DNA of 64,000 nucleotides from an uncultured Methanosarcinales archaeon (GTDB lineage: Archaea > Nanobdellota > Nanobdellia > Woesearchaeales > CAZYIM01), in assembly GCA_964647565.1 (NCBI GenBank), contig CAZYIM010000003.1:1-64000 (forward strand), in the 5' to 3' direction. The notes under the pieces were generated by a model. It did no database searches and had not been told where the DNA came from. It was given only the letters and a program-made list of their open reading frames with translations. Positions 40,787 through 51,000 of this stretch are shown one piece after another. Both the position numbers and the translations under genes were made by a program. How positions within the stretch are numbered: the first letter of the stretch is position 1; every line of letters begins with the position of its first letter.

Positions 40787-41134
40787 ATGATCATTAACCA
40801 GAGCAAGAATTCTGTTCTCGTGAATAATGAGAGGTTATGTAAAACAATTTTCTCTCATGCCAAGGGCCTGATGTTCTCTAAGAGAATAAAGGATTTCGGC
40901 CTATTTTTTATCATGCCCCGACAGAGGATCCATTCGCTTCATATGTGGTTTGTGTTCTATCCGATTGACATCCTTTTTCTTGACTTGAACAAAAAGGTAG
41001 TTGATCTTAAGTTCAATTTCAGGCCGTTTTCATTCTATACTCCAAGAAAAAAATGCAAATATATTGTTGAGCTCCCTCATGGAACCATACATAGCAGTAG
41101 GACCACTCTTGGTGATGTAATTAGTGTTGAGTAA
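40787..41134 (+). CDS. DUF192 family protein
   Basis: KGLMF, HMWFVFYPIDILFLD, YIVELPHG. Confidence 0.88.
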   Translation: MIINQSKNSVLVNNERLCKTIFSHAKGLMFSKRIKDFGLFFIMPRQRIHSLHMWFVFYPIDILFLDLNKKVVDLKFNFRPFSFYTPRKKCKYIVELPHGTIHSSRTTLGDVISVE

Positions 41135-41182
41135 TGCAATAATTTTTTAAACATCAAGATATATAGTTGATAAAGAGGTGAA

Positions 41183-41683
41183 ATGTTGGCTGAAGAGGTT
41201 ATTGATGATCCTATACAGAAAAAGAAGAGTATCAAGCGGAATGATCTTATCATCACTATAGGTTGGGTTTTGTTCATTCTTTTTTGCACTTATTTTCTAT
41301 TATCGTATTTCAAGGTCATTAAATTCTCTGTATACAAAGAAGACAAATGTTATATCAGTCAGGAGCTAATTTGCTTCAACTATGAAGCTAGCTACAAGGG
41401 TTATGTGAAACTTTATGTTCAAAATTTGGGTGATCAGTCTCTAAGGGATATCAAATACCTGCTTTATTCAGACAGCTGTGTTGAGCTCAACAACGGATCG
41501 ATGCATAAGCTGGATGAGATTGGATCAAGAGCTGTTATAAATGAATCTGAGGCTACTTTCAACTGTACATTTGAGCGTGCCAACTGGTTTGATGCAGATA
41601 TTGTTCTTGAGTATAAACAAGGTGATTCTGACGCTATCCAAACGACCCAGGGCAGAATATCAGTCAAGATAGAAGAAAAATAA
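41183..41683 (+). CDS. Membrane-anchored hypothetical protein
   Basis: GAGGTGA RBS, single TM helix, Cys-containing extracellular domain. Confidence 0.65.
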   Translation: MLAEEVIDDPIQKKKSIKRNDLIITIGWVLFILFCTYFLLSYFKVIKFSVYKEDKCYISQELICFNYEASYKGYVKLYVQNLGDQSLRDIKYLLYSDSCVELNNGSMHKLDEIGSRAVINESEATFNCTFERANWFDADIVLEYKQGDSDAIQTTQGRISVKIEEK

Positions 41684-41927
41684 TTCTATTCTTTTGAAAA
41701 AGTCTTTTTCTGGGGCCAAGCGAGTCGAAATAATAACTGTCTATGAATATAGACTCGGTCGATAATGCTTTTTCTGAAGCAATACGAGCGCCCAATAAAG
41801 TCTTTTTCCAAGTCTTGTCTACCACAAAATTACAAAATTGTTATTCAATTTTGAAGTTGTGACGTGTAAAAACACATCACAAACTTTATATATTACTCTG
41901 CTTCGCTTCTAACCTGGGTGAGTGCGT

Positions 41928-43187
41928 ATGGCTAAAATTATTGCGATCAATGCTAGACAGGTACTAGATTCTCGAGGAAATCCGACTGTTGAGGCAGATG
42001 TCTTTACAGAGAAGTTTGTGGGCAGTGCAATGGTGCCTTCTGGAGCCAGCACCGGTGTCTATGAGGCCCTTGAGCTTCGGGATGGTGGTAAAGTTTTTGG
42101 TGGCAAAGGTGTTTTGAAGGCTGTCAATAATGTCAAGAAGAAGATAGCTCCTAAGCTTGGTAGTATGACTGTTACCAATCAATCAGCTCTGGATAAAGCA
42201 ATGTTGAAACTGGACGGTACCAAGAATAAATCGAAGCTGGGTGCCAATGCAATCCTTGCTGTCAGCCTAGCTGCTGCAAGAGCTGCAGCTGCATCAAAGA
42301 GCAAGTTCCTTTTTGAATACCTGGCTGATATGGTTGGAAATAAGAAGTTCTACATGCCAATACCATTTGCAAATGTCATCAATGGAGGTAAGCATGCAGG
42401 CGGAAAGCTGCCCTTGCAGGAGTTTATGTTGGTTCCTACAGGTGCAAAATCATTTACAGAAGCAACTCAGATGGTGGCAGAGACATATCATATCCTAAAA
42501 GGGGTTATCAAGAAAAAATATGGTCCAAACGCAGTCAATGTTGGTGATGAGGGGGGATTCGCACCACCTATTGATACAGCGGATCAAGCCCTGAGCTTGA
42601 TGTCTAAGGCCATTTCAGAGTCTGGCTATAAGGGAAAGATTAAGATGGCCCTGGATCCTGCTGCCAGCGAGTTCTATGTCAAGGGGAAATATATTGGCAT
42701 GAAACCCGAGAGATTCGTTGATTTCTATGTTGACCTTGTCAAGAAATATCCTATTGTTTCATTGGAGGATCCATTTGATCAGGATGATTTCGAATCTTTT
42801 CAAGAGCTGACAAAAAGGATTGGCAGACGAGTGCAGATCATGGGGGATGACTTGACTGTGACTAATGTTGAAAGGATGAAAAAGTGCATTAAGTTAAAGG
42901 CATGCAACGCTTTGCTGGTCAAGGTAAACCAGATAGGTTCCTTGACAGAGACCATTGACGCTGTCAGGCTTGCCTGTGAGAATGACTGGCATGCTCAAGT
43001 TGCTAACAGGAGTGGAGAGACAGAAGATCCCTTTATCGCGGACCTTGCAGTGGCAATGGGCAACGGCCAGATAAAGCTTGGAGCGCCATGCAGGAGCGAC
43101 AGATGTGCAAAGTATAATCAATTGATAAGAATAGAGGAATACCTAGGCAGAAAAGCAACATATGCCGGCAAGATGATGTTTAGGTGA
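41928..43187 (+). CDS. eno: Enolase
   Basis: [48 protein letters not shown]. Confidence 0.98.
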   Translation: MAKIIAINARQVLDSRGNPTVEADVFTEKFVGSAMVPSGASTGVYEALELRDGGKVFGGKGVLKAVNNVKKKIAPKLGSMTVTNQSALDKAMLKLDGTKNKSKLGANAILAVSLAAARAAAASKSKFLFEYLADMVGNKKFYMPIPFANVINGGKHAGGKLPLQEFMLVPTGAKSFTEATQMVAETYHILKGVIKKKYGPNAVNVGDEGGFAPPIDTADQALSLMSKAISESGYKGKIKMALDPAASEFYVKGKYIGMKPERFVDFYVDLVKKYPIVSLEDPFDQDDFESFQELTKRIGRRVQIMGDDLTVTNVERMKKCIKLKACNALLVKVNQIGSLTETIDAVRLACENDWHAQVANRSGETEDPFIADLAVAMGNGQIKLGAPCRSDRCAKYNQLIRIEEYLGRKATYAGKMMFR

Positions 43188-43211
43188 AGTTAGCTAAGAA
43201 AAGAGGTAAAG

Positions 43212-43317
43212 ATAAATCCGCCTTGGCGAAGAGGGGACGAGGGTTGGCTCCGTCGGAGTGTCCCCTAGGACATTTTCGCAGAAAATGGCCGTCTTCAGCC
43301 AAGGAAGGCAGATTTAT
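43212..43317 (+). repeat. Dispersed structured intergenic element, copy 6 (subtype B)
   Basis: ATAAATCCGCCTT-GGCGAAGA-GGGGAC...GTCCCC-TAGGAC-hairpin-GGCCGTCTTCAGCC-AAGG-AAGGCAGATTTAT. Confidence 0.7.
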
Positions 43318-43329
43318 TAAAGTTCAATC

Positions 43330-44151
43330 ATGGACAAGATAACAGACATTAACTTATTGAAAGAGAAAGCAAAACTTCTTCGAAGGGATGTTATTATGCA
43401 GGTCCACGCTGCTAGCTCTGGTCATCCTGGCGGAAGCTTGTCTGCTGCTGATGTGGTGACAGCTCTTTTCTTCAATATAATGAACCATGACCCTCAAAAT
43501 CCTGAGATGTTTGAGAGGGATAGGTTTATTCTTTCAAAAGGGCATTGCTGCCCTATCCTTTATGCTGCCCTGGCAAGGACTGGTTATTTTGATGCTGAAG
43601 AGCTTAAGAGCTTCAGAAGGATAAATTCGAGGCTTCAGGGCCATCCTGCTAAATGCGACCTGCCATTTGTTGAGACTTCTTCAGGGCCGTTAGGCCAGGG
43701 ATTGTCTGTTTCTGTGGGTATTGCATTAGGCCATAGATTGAACAATAATTCTGCCACTGTCTTTTGTATGCTGGGAGATGGAGAGCTTGATGAGGGCCAG
43801 GTCTGGGAGGCAATTTTGACAGCTGCGCATTACAGGCTGGACAATCTGATTGCTATTGTCGATTATAATCGGTTGCAGATAGATGGTTTCAATGAGCAGG
43901 TAAAGAACCTTGAACCACTTGCAGACAAATGGAGGGCTTTTAACTGGAGGGTTATTGATATTGACGGGCATAAAATGGATGAGATCTTGATGGCATTGAA
44001 TGAAGCAAAGCTGCATGACAAGGGGCCTGTTGTGATTATTGCCAGGACCATCAAGGGAAAGGGCGTATCATTTATGGAGAACCAGGCCGAATGGCATGGC
44101 AAGGCTCCGGATGATGATCAGGCAGAACAGGCCTGGAGGGAGCTGGAATGA
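43330..44151 (+). CDS. Transketolase, N-terminal subunit
   Basis: SGHPGGSLS, RDRFILSKGH, LQGHP, GDGELDEG, KGKGVSFME. Confidence 0.96.
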   Translation: MDKITDINLLKEKAKLLRRDVIMQVHAASSGHPGGSLSAADVVTALFFNIMNHDPQNPEMFERDRFILSKGHCCPILYAALARTGYFDAEELKSFRRINSRLQGHPAKCDLPFVETSSGPLGQGLSVSVGIALGHRLNNNSATVFCMLGDGELDEGQVWEAILTAAHYRLDNLIAIVDYNRLQIDGFNEQVKNLEPLADKWRAFNWRVIDIDGHKMDEILMALNEAKLHDKGPVVIIARTIKGKGVSFMENQAEWHGKAPDDDQAEQAWRELE

Positions 44152-45113
44152 TTCGTGAGAATATCTTTGACAATCCAGAGATGAAGTCCACCAGGCAGGC
44201 TTATGGAGATGCTCTTCTTGAGTTAGGTGACAAGAACAAGGATGTTGTTGTGCTCTGTGCGGATCTTACAGGATCCACCAATACCAAGAATTTCAGGGAT
44301 AAATTCCCAGACAGATTCTTTGAGATCGGTATCTCTGAGCAGGACATGATGGGTATTGGAGCTGGCTTGAGTTTCACAGGTAAGGTTCCGTTTGTTTCAA
44401 CCTTTGCTGTCTTTGCGAGTGCAAGGGCCAACGGACAGTTAAGGACATCAGTCTGCTACAATAAGGCCAATGTCAAGATAGGTGCTACGCATGCGGGCAT
44501 CACTGTCGGCAAGGACGGAGCTACGCATCAGGCTCTTGAGGATATTGCAACAGTTCGCGTGCTTCCTAATATTTCAGTTGTAGTTCCTTGTGATTATGAA
44601 GAAGCTAAAAAGGCAGTCTATGGAGCTGTCTGGAATCATGGACCAGTCTATCTGCGATTTGGAAGACCGAATATTCCTATGATCACGACTGAAGACGCGC
44701 CTTTTCAGATCGGAAACGCAGAGGTTTTTAGGGAAGGAACTGATATTACTGTGATTGCGTGCGGTATTATGGTCTATGAAGCGCTTAGGGCTGCTGAAGA
44801 GTTTGTAAAAGAGAATATTTCTGTAAGGGTCATCAACTGCCATACAATCAAGCCTATTGACAAAGAAGCTATAATCAAGGCTGCGCAAGAGACCGGCGCT
44901 ATTGTGACAGCAGAAGAACACCAGATCGATGGTGGTCTTGGAAGCGCTGTTGCAGAAGTGCTGGCTGAAAATCATCCTGTACCGATGAAACGGGTTGGTG
45001 TTTTGGATACTTTTGCTGAATCAGGCAGTGGTGATGAACTCAAAGAAAAATATGGCCTTACCTTCGGCAGGATTATGGAAACTGTCCGAGAAGTTATTGG
45101 TAGAAAAGATTAA
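44148..45113 (+). CDS. Transketolase, C-terminal subunit
   Basis: ADL, GISEQ, DGATHQALED, GPVYLR, IKPID, EEH. Confidence 0.96.
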   Translation: MIRENIFDNPEMKSTRQAYGDALLELGDKNKDVVVLCADLTGSTNTKNFRDKFPDRFFEIGISEQDMMGIGAGLSFTGKVPFVSTFAVFASARANGQLRTSVCYNKANVKIGATHAGITVGKDGATHQALEDIATVRVLPNISVVVPCDYEEAKKAVYGAVWNHGPVYLRFGRPNIPMITTEDAPFQIGNAEVFREGTDITVIACGIMVYEALRAAEEFVKENISVRVINCHTIKPIDKEAIIKAAQETGAIVTAEEHQIDGGLGSAVAEVLAENHPVPMKRVGVLDTFAESGSGDELKEKYGLTFGRIMETVREVIGRKD

Positions 45114-46564
45114 CTATAATAATTATTTCTTCTCCTTTGCCAAAGCGGCCTTACAGGAGTGTTTGGATCTTCCCATTTGTTCCAGGGCCCGAACCTGTTG
45201 GCTAAAGCGCCGAGTCCGCCAAGACCTCCAACCCACATCAAGGTGTAAAGGAAAACCATACCAAGTCTGTACCTCTTTACATTGACACCGCCAGGCCACA
45301 TTCGTTCATATACAGTCTTGGTGTCATTCATTATACTTTTAGCTTCTTTTTCTGCCCATTTTATGGTTTGTTTATCTGGTTTTGGGTTAAGTACAATCTT
45401 TGCGACCAGGCTGTCTGTCCTCGCCATGATATCTGGAACAGTTCTGTTAACATAATTTATATCATTCATGATGTCTGTGACTGAGTTATATACTTTACTA
45501 CCATGTTCGATGATGTCATCTACTGTTTTGCATCCCCTTGGCCTTTTTCTGTCCCTGAAGCATTTTCCCCCGCTTTCCTCGGAGTTGGTATTCTCATGAT
45601 AATAATCTGCATTTTTATGTCTGGTTGGCCTCAGTGGTTTAACATTTGGAAGTATGTCCTTCCATTTTTCTGCAGTTTTAACCAATCGCTTGTAGTTATT
45701 TACAATATTTTCCTGATTTAACATAAATTTCGAGCCAGACAACCAGATAAGCATCCTTTCATACATCTCCTCATATGTCATCTCTTCTTTTCCTGCATGC
45801 TCGATGACTCTCATACCTTCCTTGTTCATTTTAGAAGGTTTTTGCATGAGATATGGGAATGTGAGGTCGGAGTGATTTCTTATCAATCTTTGATGATCTG
45901 AGAGAGCTCGCTCACCCAATATTTTTGAAACCCAGTACCAATGCTTGGTATAGTCGTACTGGCTATCCCAATAACCTGAGACAGTTACATTTCCGTCAGC
46001 ATCTGTGCTGGTTGTAGTTACCCACACATCTTCATATTGGTCATCATGTTCTTCTTTCCACACACTATCATAGAGTTCAATTAAAGGTCTTAGCTCTCGC
46101 ATAGGTTCTGTATAGAAACTAAGTTGCTCCAAAACTAAATCTGACAGTTCATCGATCCTATTTGCTAGTATTCTCGGGCTGTGAGTGTGGAGTTTATCTG
46201 TGTCTCTTTTATGCATATGGATTGCAAATAGTTTGACTAACTCCTTCTGGCTAGAGGCCGAATCGCTGGCTAGACTCCAGGACTCGAAGTATTTATTGCA
46301 ATAATCATAATTAGAGGGAAGATATTCGTTTAGAGGATGAAGGTCCACTCCCCTGATTGCTGCATCTTCTTTCATCTGGGTGATCTCTGAGAATCTGTAC
46401 TCTGTTTTATTGGATCTTAAGGTTTCAGATATGTGGCCTTGGATTGGACCGATTACTAATCCTGCGACTATGGGGACTGCAAGTTCAATCCAGGTATCCC
46501 TGAGCAGCTTCATAGTTCCCCTGTAGAGTTTAGTCAGGAGTTTAGGTTTAGTTTGCTCTTCCAT
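45110..46564 (-). CDS. Hypothetical membrane protein (two terminal TM helices)
   Basis: 484-aa ORF, hydrophobic segments near both termini. Confidence 0.7.
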   Translation of the reverse strand: MEEQTKPKLLTKLYRGTMKLLRDTWIELAVPIVAGLVIGPIQGHISETLRSNKTEYRFSEITQMKEDAAIRGVDLHPLNEYLPSNYDYCNKYFESWSLASDSASSQKELVKLFAIHMHKRDTDKLHTHSPRILANRIDELSDLVLEQLSFYTEPMRELRPLIELYDSVWKEEHDDQYEDVWVTTTSTDADGNVTVSGYWDSQYDYTKHWYWVSKILGERALSDHQRLIRNHSDLTFPYLMQKPSKMNKEGMRVIEHAGKEEMTYEEMYERMLIWLSGSKFMLNQENIVNNYKRLVKTAEKWKDILPNVKPLRPTRHKNADYYHENTNSEESGGKCFRDRKRPRGCKTVDDIIEHGSKVYNSVTDIMNDINYVNRTVPDIMARTDSLVAKIVLNPKPDKQTIKWAEKEAKSIMNDTKTVYERMWPGGVNVKRYRLGMVFLYTLMWVGGLGGLGALANRFGPWNKWEDPNTPVRPLWQRRRNNYYS

Positions 46565-46626
46565 TTAGCAAAAGAAATGTTTTTTTATTTATAAATATTG
46601 CGCGGATTTACTACTTTAGAATGGTC

Positions 46627-47835
46627 TTAATGATGTTTCTTGAGCATTTTCATGTGCTTCTTCACAAAGCTATGGAAAACAATCGGAGAAATAATCATGG
46701 TGGCAATGGTCATAAAGACAATAGCTGTAAAAATATCTGTGGTTATCAGGCCATGTGACCTGGCAATCTCCGCTGCCACTAATTCAATCGCACCTCTGGA
46801 ATTCATGCCCCATGCAAGCAGGTTGCCATGTAGAAAAGAGCCTTTGGCGATAGCATTGCCCAATATAACTCCAATCCATTTGCCAGAGAGGGCCAGGACT
46901 GTAAGTATGATTCCCAGCAGAGGATTTTTTATCAGGCTTGCCAGATCTGTATTCAGACCTATCCATATGAAGAAAAAAAGTGACATAAAACCAAAAGTGA
47001 CAATCTTGATCATATCATCAATCTCCTCTTCCTCCTCAACACCTGCCCTGCCTTTCCGTCTCAGGGTGTATCTGACAAGTGCGCCAGCCACTAAAGCTCC
47101 AATAGCATAGCCTAGCTTGAGATAATCTGTAATTACTGCTATGATCAGCACAAAGATCATCGAAGCTGTAAAAAGATCGTACTTAGTTTGTTCTTTATTG
47201 TCAAAAAGCTTGGTGATGATAGGTATGAGTAAATACTTGATTACAAAGAGGATGATAGTGAAAATCCCGAAATCAAAAAGCAGTTTCAAATAACCAACAT
47301 CACTGATCTTGGAAGATGTGACCAGGACGCTGACTGCAGCTATCAACAAGATCTCAAAGGCGTCTGCAAGAGTGCCAGCCTCAATAATGGTTTTCCCGAG
47401 CCGAGTTTTCAAAAGGTTGTACTCTTCTAGCAGCATGACTGCAACAGCCTCTCCTGTCAAAGCAAGACCTGCTCCCATGATAAAGCACTGTAAGGTTCCA
47501 TATCCTAGGCTCTTGGTCACAAAAAAACCCAGAAAAAATGGGACAATAGCACTTAAGATAGAGATGATCACAATTCTATGGGATGATTTCTTTATATCTT
47601 TGATATCAATTTCCAATCCCACATAAAACAGCAAGAGAATCAGGCCGATGTCTGCCAGAGAGTGGATAAGATCAACAGACGTAATATCAAAAACTTGAGT
47701 ACGAATGACTGGCAGGCCCATTACAAGACCAACTACCAAAGGTCCTAGTACCCTCGGTAATCCAAAAGCAGAAAAGATCTTAATCAGGAGATAACAGGCA
47801 CCCAGACATAACAACAACACGAACAAAGCATCCAT
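46627..47835 (-). CDS. Cation:proton antiporter (CPA2 family)
   Basis: About 12 TM; IGLILLLFYVGLEID, GALVAG, FFIWIG, MNSRGAIELV. Confidence 0.92.
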   Translation of the reverse strand: MDALFVLLLCLGACYLLIKIFSAFGLPRVLGPLVVGLVMGLPVIRTQVFDITSVDLIHSLADIGLILLLFYVGLEIDIKDIKKSSHRIVIISILSAIVPFFLGFFVTKSLGYGTLQCFIMGAGLALTGEAVAVMLLEEYNLLKTRLGKTIIEAGTLADAFEILLIAAVSVLVTSSKISDVGYLKLLFDFGIFTIILFVIKYLLIPIITKLFDNKEQTKYDLFTASMIFVLIIAVITDYLKLGYAIGALVAGALVRYTLRRKGRAGVEEEEEIDDMIKIVTFGFMSLFFFIWIGLNTDLASLIKNPLLGIILTVLALSGKWIGVILGNAIAKGSFLHGNLLAWGMNSRGAIELVAAEIARSHGLITTDIFTAIVFMTIATMIISPIVFHSFVKKHMKMLKKHH

Positions 47836-47903
47836 TCTTGACCTCTTTTTAAGAAACCTTGGTATTAGTTTTATAAAAATGTTTCTAAAGGCAAGTTAAC
47901 TAT

Positions 47904-48027
47904 AAAATAAGCATTCACCCACGGCACAGACGCCCAAAAGCTACACTTTTGTGCTACTCCGCTGACTTGAATCCTCAACTCCGTAGAGGAACCCAGTCAG
48001 CTCCGCCTGGCCGTGAATGCTTATTTT
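47904..48027 (-). repeat. Dispersed structured intergenic element, copy 7
   Basis: 15-bp outer IR AAAATAAGCATTCAC/GTGAATGCTTATTTT; core closely related to copy 5. Confidence 0.8.
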
Positions 48028-48091
48028 TGCACAATATTTTTAAATGTCTGTCCTCTTTTTTCAGACTATAACATAGTTGGGGGCATAATTA

Positions 48092-49591
48092 ATGCGAGAT
48101 TTAGATACATTGGGGCCTATTGACTGGGGTCATGATACTGCTCATCAGAGGACAAAGATCTACGTATGCGAGCTATGTAGTAAAGCATTTTTAACCAGGT
48201 TCCAGCGTAATTACAAGGCTAAGATGCGAAACGTCTTATTTTCTTTTAAAAACTTTACAGATGCCCGGGCCTGTTATCATAAGAGGGATATTAAGGATTT
48301 TGGCAAGAGCCTGATAAATTTGTTGATAGTTAAACCCAGGTTTGCAGTGAAGATACTGAAGATGCTTACCAGATATGGTAGAAAACTGATTAAAGTTGTA
48401 GAAAGCTTTACTCCTGATAAGCTGCCAACAATGTCTAAAAGGAAGATTCTTGAAGCCCTTAATAAGGCAGAGTTGTTGTATATAGAATATATGGGCTGGA
48501 TAATCATTCCTGAGCTGTCTATAGATTATGTTGAGGATCAATTCCATAAAGAGCTAGAAAAGAGGTTTGGGAGTAAAGCCAGGGATTTTTTTGCTATATT
48601 GACTGCAAATGCTTACAGTACATATCTTAATGATGAAGAGAATGAGTTGAGGATCATTCTTGAGATGGTCAAGGACAATGATGAATTAGCGGCTAATCTC
48701 GATGATTTTGGTAAGCTGAGAGCCTCTCTTAAGAAAAATCCCAAACTTTGGTCTTTGATTGAAAAGCACACTAAGAGATTTTTTTGGATAAATTTCAACT
48801 ATGTAGATACCAAACCTCTAAAGGAGGTGGATTTTGTTAAAAAACTGGTTGAACTGGCAAAAGAAAAACCAGTCAAGATCAATCAGATGCTCAGCAGGAA
48901 GGAAAACCTGTTGAAAAAACTAAATCTCAAGAAAAAACACAAACTTTCTGCATTGATATCTGCACTGGAACTGCTTCCAGCTGTACAGGACAGGCGAAAG
49001 GCTTATCTTATACAGTTTGCATATCACATGAACGAGCTTTTCAAGGAGCTGGCGAATAGGACAGGCATTGCAGAGGACCATTTTTGTTCTATGAAATACT
49101 CGGAAATAATAGATGTTGTAAAAACAGGCAAATTCAACTTGAAAAAGCTTGAAAAGCGAAAGAAGCGTTTCATTGCTTTTACCCATGACCAGATGATTGA
49201 TTGGTATAATGGTGAAACTGCAATTAAGGTTGAGAAGAAGATTGCACCTGTAAAGATCAAGAAAAATATTAAAGAATTTCGTGGCAGGATTGCATCTGCT
49301 GGAAAAGCCAAAGGTAGGGTTGCGCTTGTTACATCTGCAACCCAGATAAAAAAAGTCAAGAAAGGCAATATCCTGGTCTCATCCAATACAACTCCTGACT
49401 ATTTACCTGCAATGGAAAAGGCCGCAGCTATTATAACCGAGAAAGGAGGCATTGCAAGCCATGCAGCTGTTGTCAGCAGAGAGTTGGGAGTGCCCTGTGT
49501 AACAGGGATTCTTAACATCACCAATGTCTTGAAGGACGGCGATATTGTGGAGGTCGATGCAGATGAAGGCGTTGTGAGGAAGATAGAATGA
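48092..49591 (+). CDS. Array gene 1: helical domain + phosphohistidine swivel (PEP-utilizer mobile) domain
   Basis: C-terminal TTPDY...TEKGGIASHAAVVSRELGVPCV...GDIVEVDA. Confidence 0.9.
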   Translation: MRDLDTLGPIDWGHDTAHQRTKIYVCELCSKAFLTRFQRNYKAKMRNVLFSFKNFTDARACYHKRDIKDFGKSLINLLIVKPRFAVKILKMLTRYGRKLIKVVESFTPDKLPTMSKRKILEALNKAELLYIEYMGWIIIPELSIDYVEDQFHKELEKRFGSKARDFFAILTANAYSTYLNDEENELRIILEMVKDNDELAANLDDFGKLRASLKKNPKLWSLIEKHTKRFFWINFNYVDTKPLKEVDFVKKLVELAKEKPVKINQMLSRKENLLKKLNLKKKHKLSALISALELLPAVQDRRKAYLIQFAYHMNELFKELANRTGIAEDHFCSMKYSEIIDVVKTGKFNLKKLEKRKKRFIAFTHDQMIDWYNGETAIKVEKKIAPVKIKKNIKEFRGRIASAGKAKGRVALVTSATQIKKVKKGNILVSSNTTPDYLPAMEKAAAIITEKGGIASHAAVVSRELGVPCVTGILNITNVLKDGDIVEVDADEGVVRKIE

Positions 49592-51000
49592 ATTTTTTTA
49601 GCAGGACGAATTGGGATGAATTAGCTCATGAAGAGCGAGGACATGTCTTTCCAACATATTTGTATTGGAGATCTGTTCAGTTAGCCTGCAAAATTATTGA
49701 TTGTTCTCCTGGTTTGTTTGGAGTTTGGTACAAGGATGATGGTTTTAGTTGGATGACAACGAAAGGCGCATTGGCCAATCCCGGCAAGCAGATTTTAGCA
49801 AGATTGGAGAAAGATGAGGCTTTTCTTAACAAAATCGTAGATGCCAATCTTATTGGCGTTCCTAAGATGCTGGCTGCTTCTGAATGGTTTGCGCAGGATT
49901 TGTCAGAAAAAAAGGGGGATGAACTCTACAGGAGATGGCAGGTTTTTTATGCTGATTTCATGGATATGATGCAATACAGTATTTTTGGAACTGTCATGGA
50001 GTTTGAAGAACCCATCCTCAGCGATAAATTGCTTAAGATACTTGTTGAGAAGGTTGGCGGGCAGAAAGCAGGCCAATATTTTTCAGAACTTACCTTGCTT
50101 ACTGAGATTACTGTGGCTCAAAAAGAGCAGCTTGAAATGATGGCTTTGGAAGAAAGGAATCTGGAACAACATTGGAAGAAATATGCCTGGATTGCTTTCA
50201 ACTATGATGGGCCTGGCTGGACTTTTGAAGAGATGAAAAAAAGATTCGCCAAAAGACATGAGTTGAAAGAAGTCGATATGGTTGCCAGGAAAAAGAGACA
50301 GGAGGAGATTGAAGAAAAACTCGGCTTATCAGATCATGAGAAGTACTTGTTCAGGACCCTGAGGACTTTGGGATTTTGGAAGTTCGAGAGAAAGTTAATG
50401 AATGGCAAATCCCACTACATGCTTCAAAACCTGTTTGAGGAAATCGCCAAAAGGCACGACATAAGTTTAGAAGATGCCAAGTCCATACTTCCTTCTGAGA
50501 TGAAGACTGGTTTGGTCGATGAAGTGTTGGATAAGAAAATCCTGAAACTAAGGCGCAGATCATCAATTGCAGTTTACAAAGGCTATGAAACTTATGAACT
50601 GTTTACTGGAAAAGAGGCTTTCCAACTGGAAAAAGATATAGAAGCAAGTCTGAAGGTTGATACGAATGTTTCAGAAATCAGAGGATCAACAGCGTACAAA
50701 GGAACAGCTAAAGGCAGAGTCAGGATTGTGAACACTCCTGCAGACATGGAAGGCTTTGTTGCAGGTGATATATTGGTTTCCAAATCAACATCTCCTGAGA
50801 TAATAACTGCTATGAAAAATGCAGCGGCGATTGTGACAGATTCTGGCGGGATAACCTGCCATGCTGCGATTGTGGCCCGTGAACTTAAAGTGCCCACAAT
50901 CATAGGTACAAAGTTCGCTACCAAGATTTTGCAGCAAGACGAACTTGTTGAGGTCGATGCAGATAAAGGTGTAGTCACGCTTTTGGATAAGAAAAAATGA
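49588..51000 (+). CDS. Array gene 2: helical domain + phosphohistidine swivel domain
   Basis: TDSGGITCHAAIVAREL; ATGA overlap. Confidence 0.9.
   Translation: MNFFSRTNWDELAHEERGHVFPTYLYWRSVQLACKIIDCSPGLFGVWYKDDGFSWMTTKGALANPGKQILARLEKDEAFLNKIVDANLIGVPKMLAASEWFAQDLSEKKGDELYRRWQVFYADFMDMMQYSIFGTVMEFEEPILSDKLLKILVEKVGGQKAGQYFSELTLLTEITVAQKEQLEMMALEERNLEQHWKKYAWIAFNYDGPGWTFEEMKKRFAKRHELKEVDMVARKKRQEEIEEKLGLSDHEKYLFRTLRTLGFWKFERKLMNGKSHYMLQNLFEEIAKRHDISLEDAKSILPSEMKTGLVDEVLDKKILKLRRRSSIAVYKGYETYELFTGKEAFQLEKDIEASLKVDTNVSEIRGSTAYKGTAKGRVRIVNTPADMEGFVAGDILVSKSTSPEIITAMKNAAAIVTDSGGITCHAAIVARELKVPTIIGTKFATKILQQDELVEVDADKGVVTLLDKKK

Noticed and set aside
41928..45113. Functional link between enolase/transketolase and the phosphohistidine array via PEP supply
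   Set aside because: Separated by two opposite-strand genes; proximity alone is not evidence
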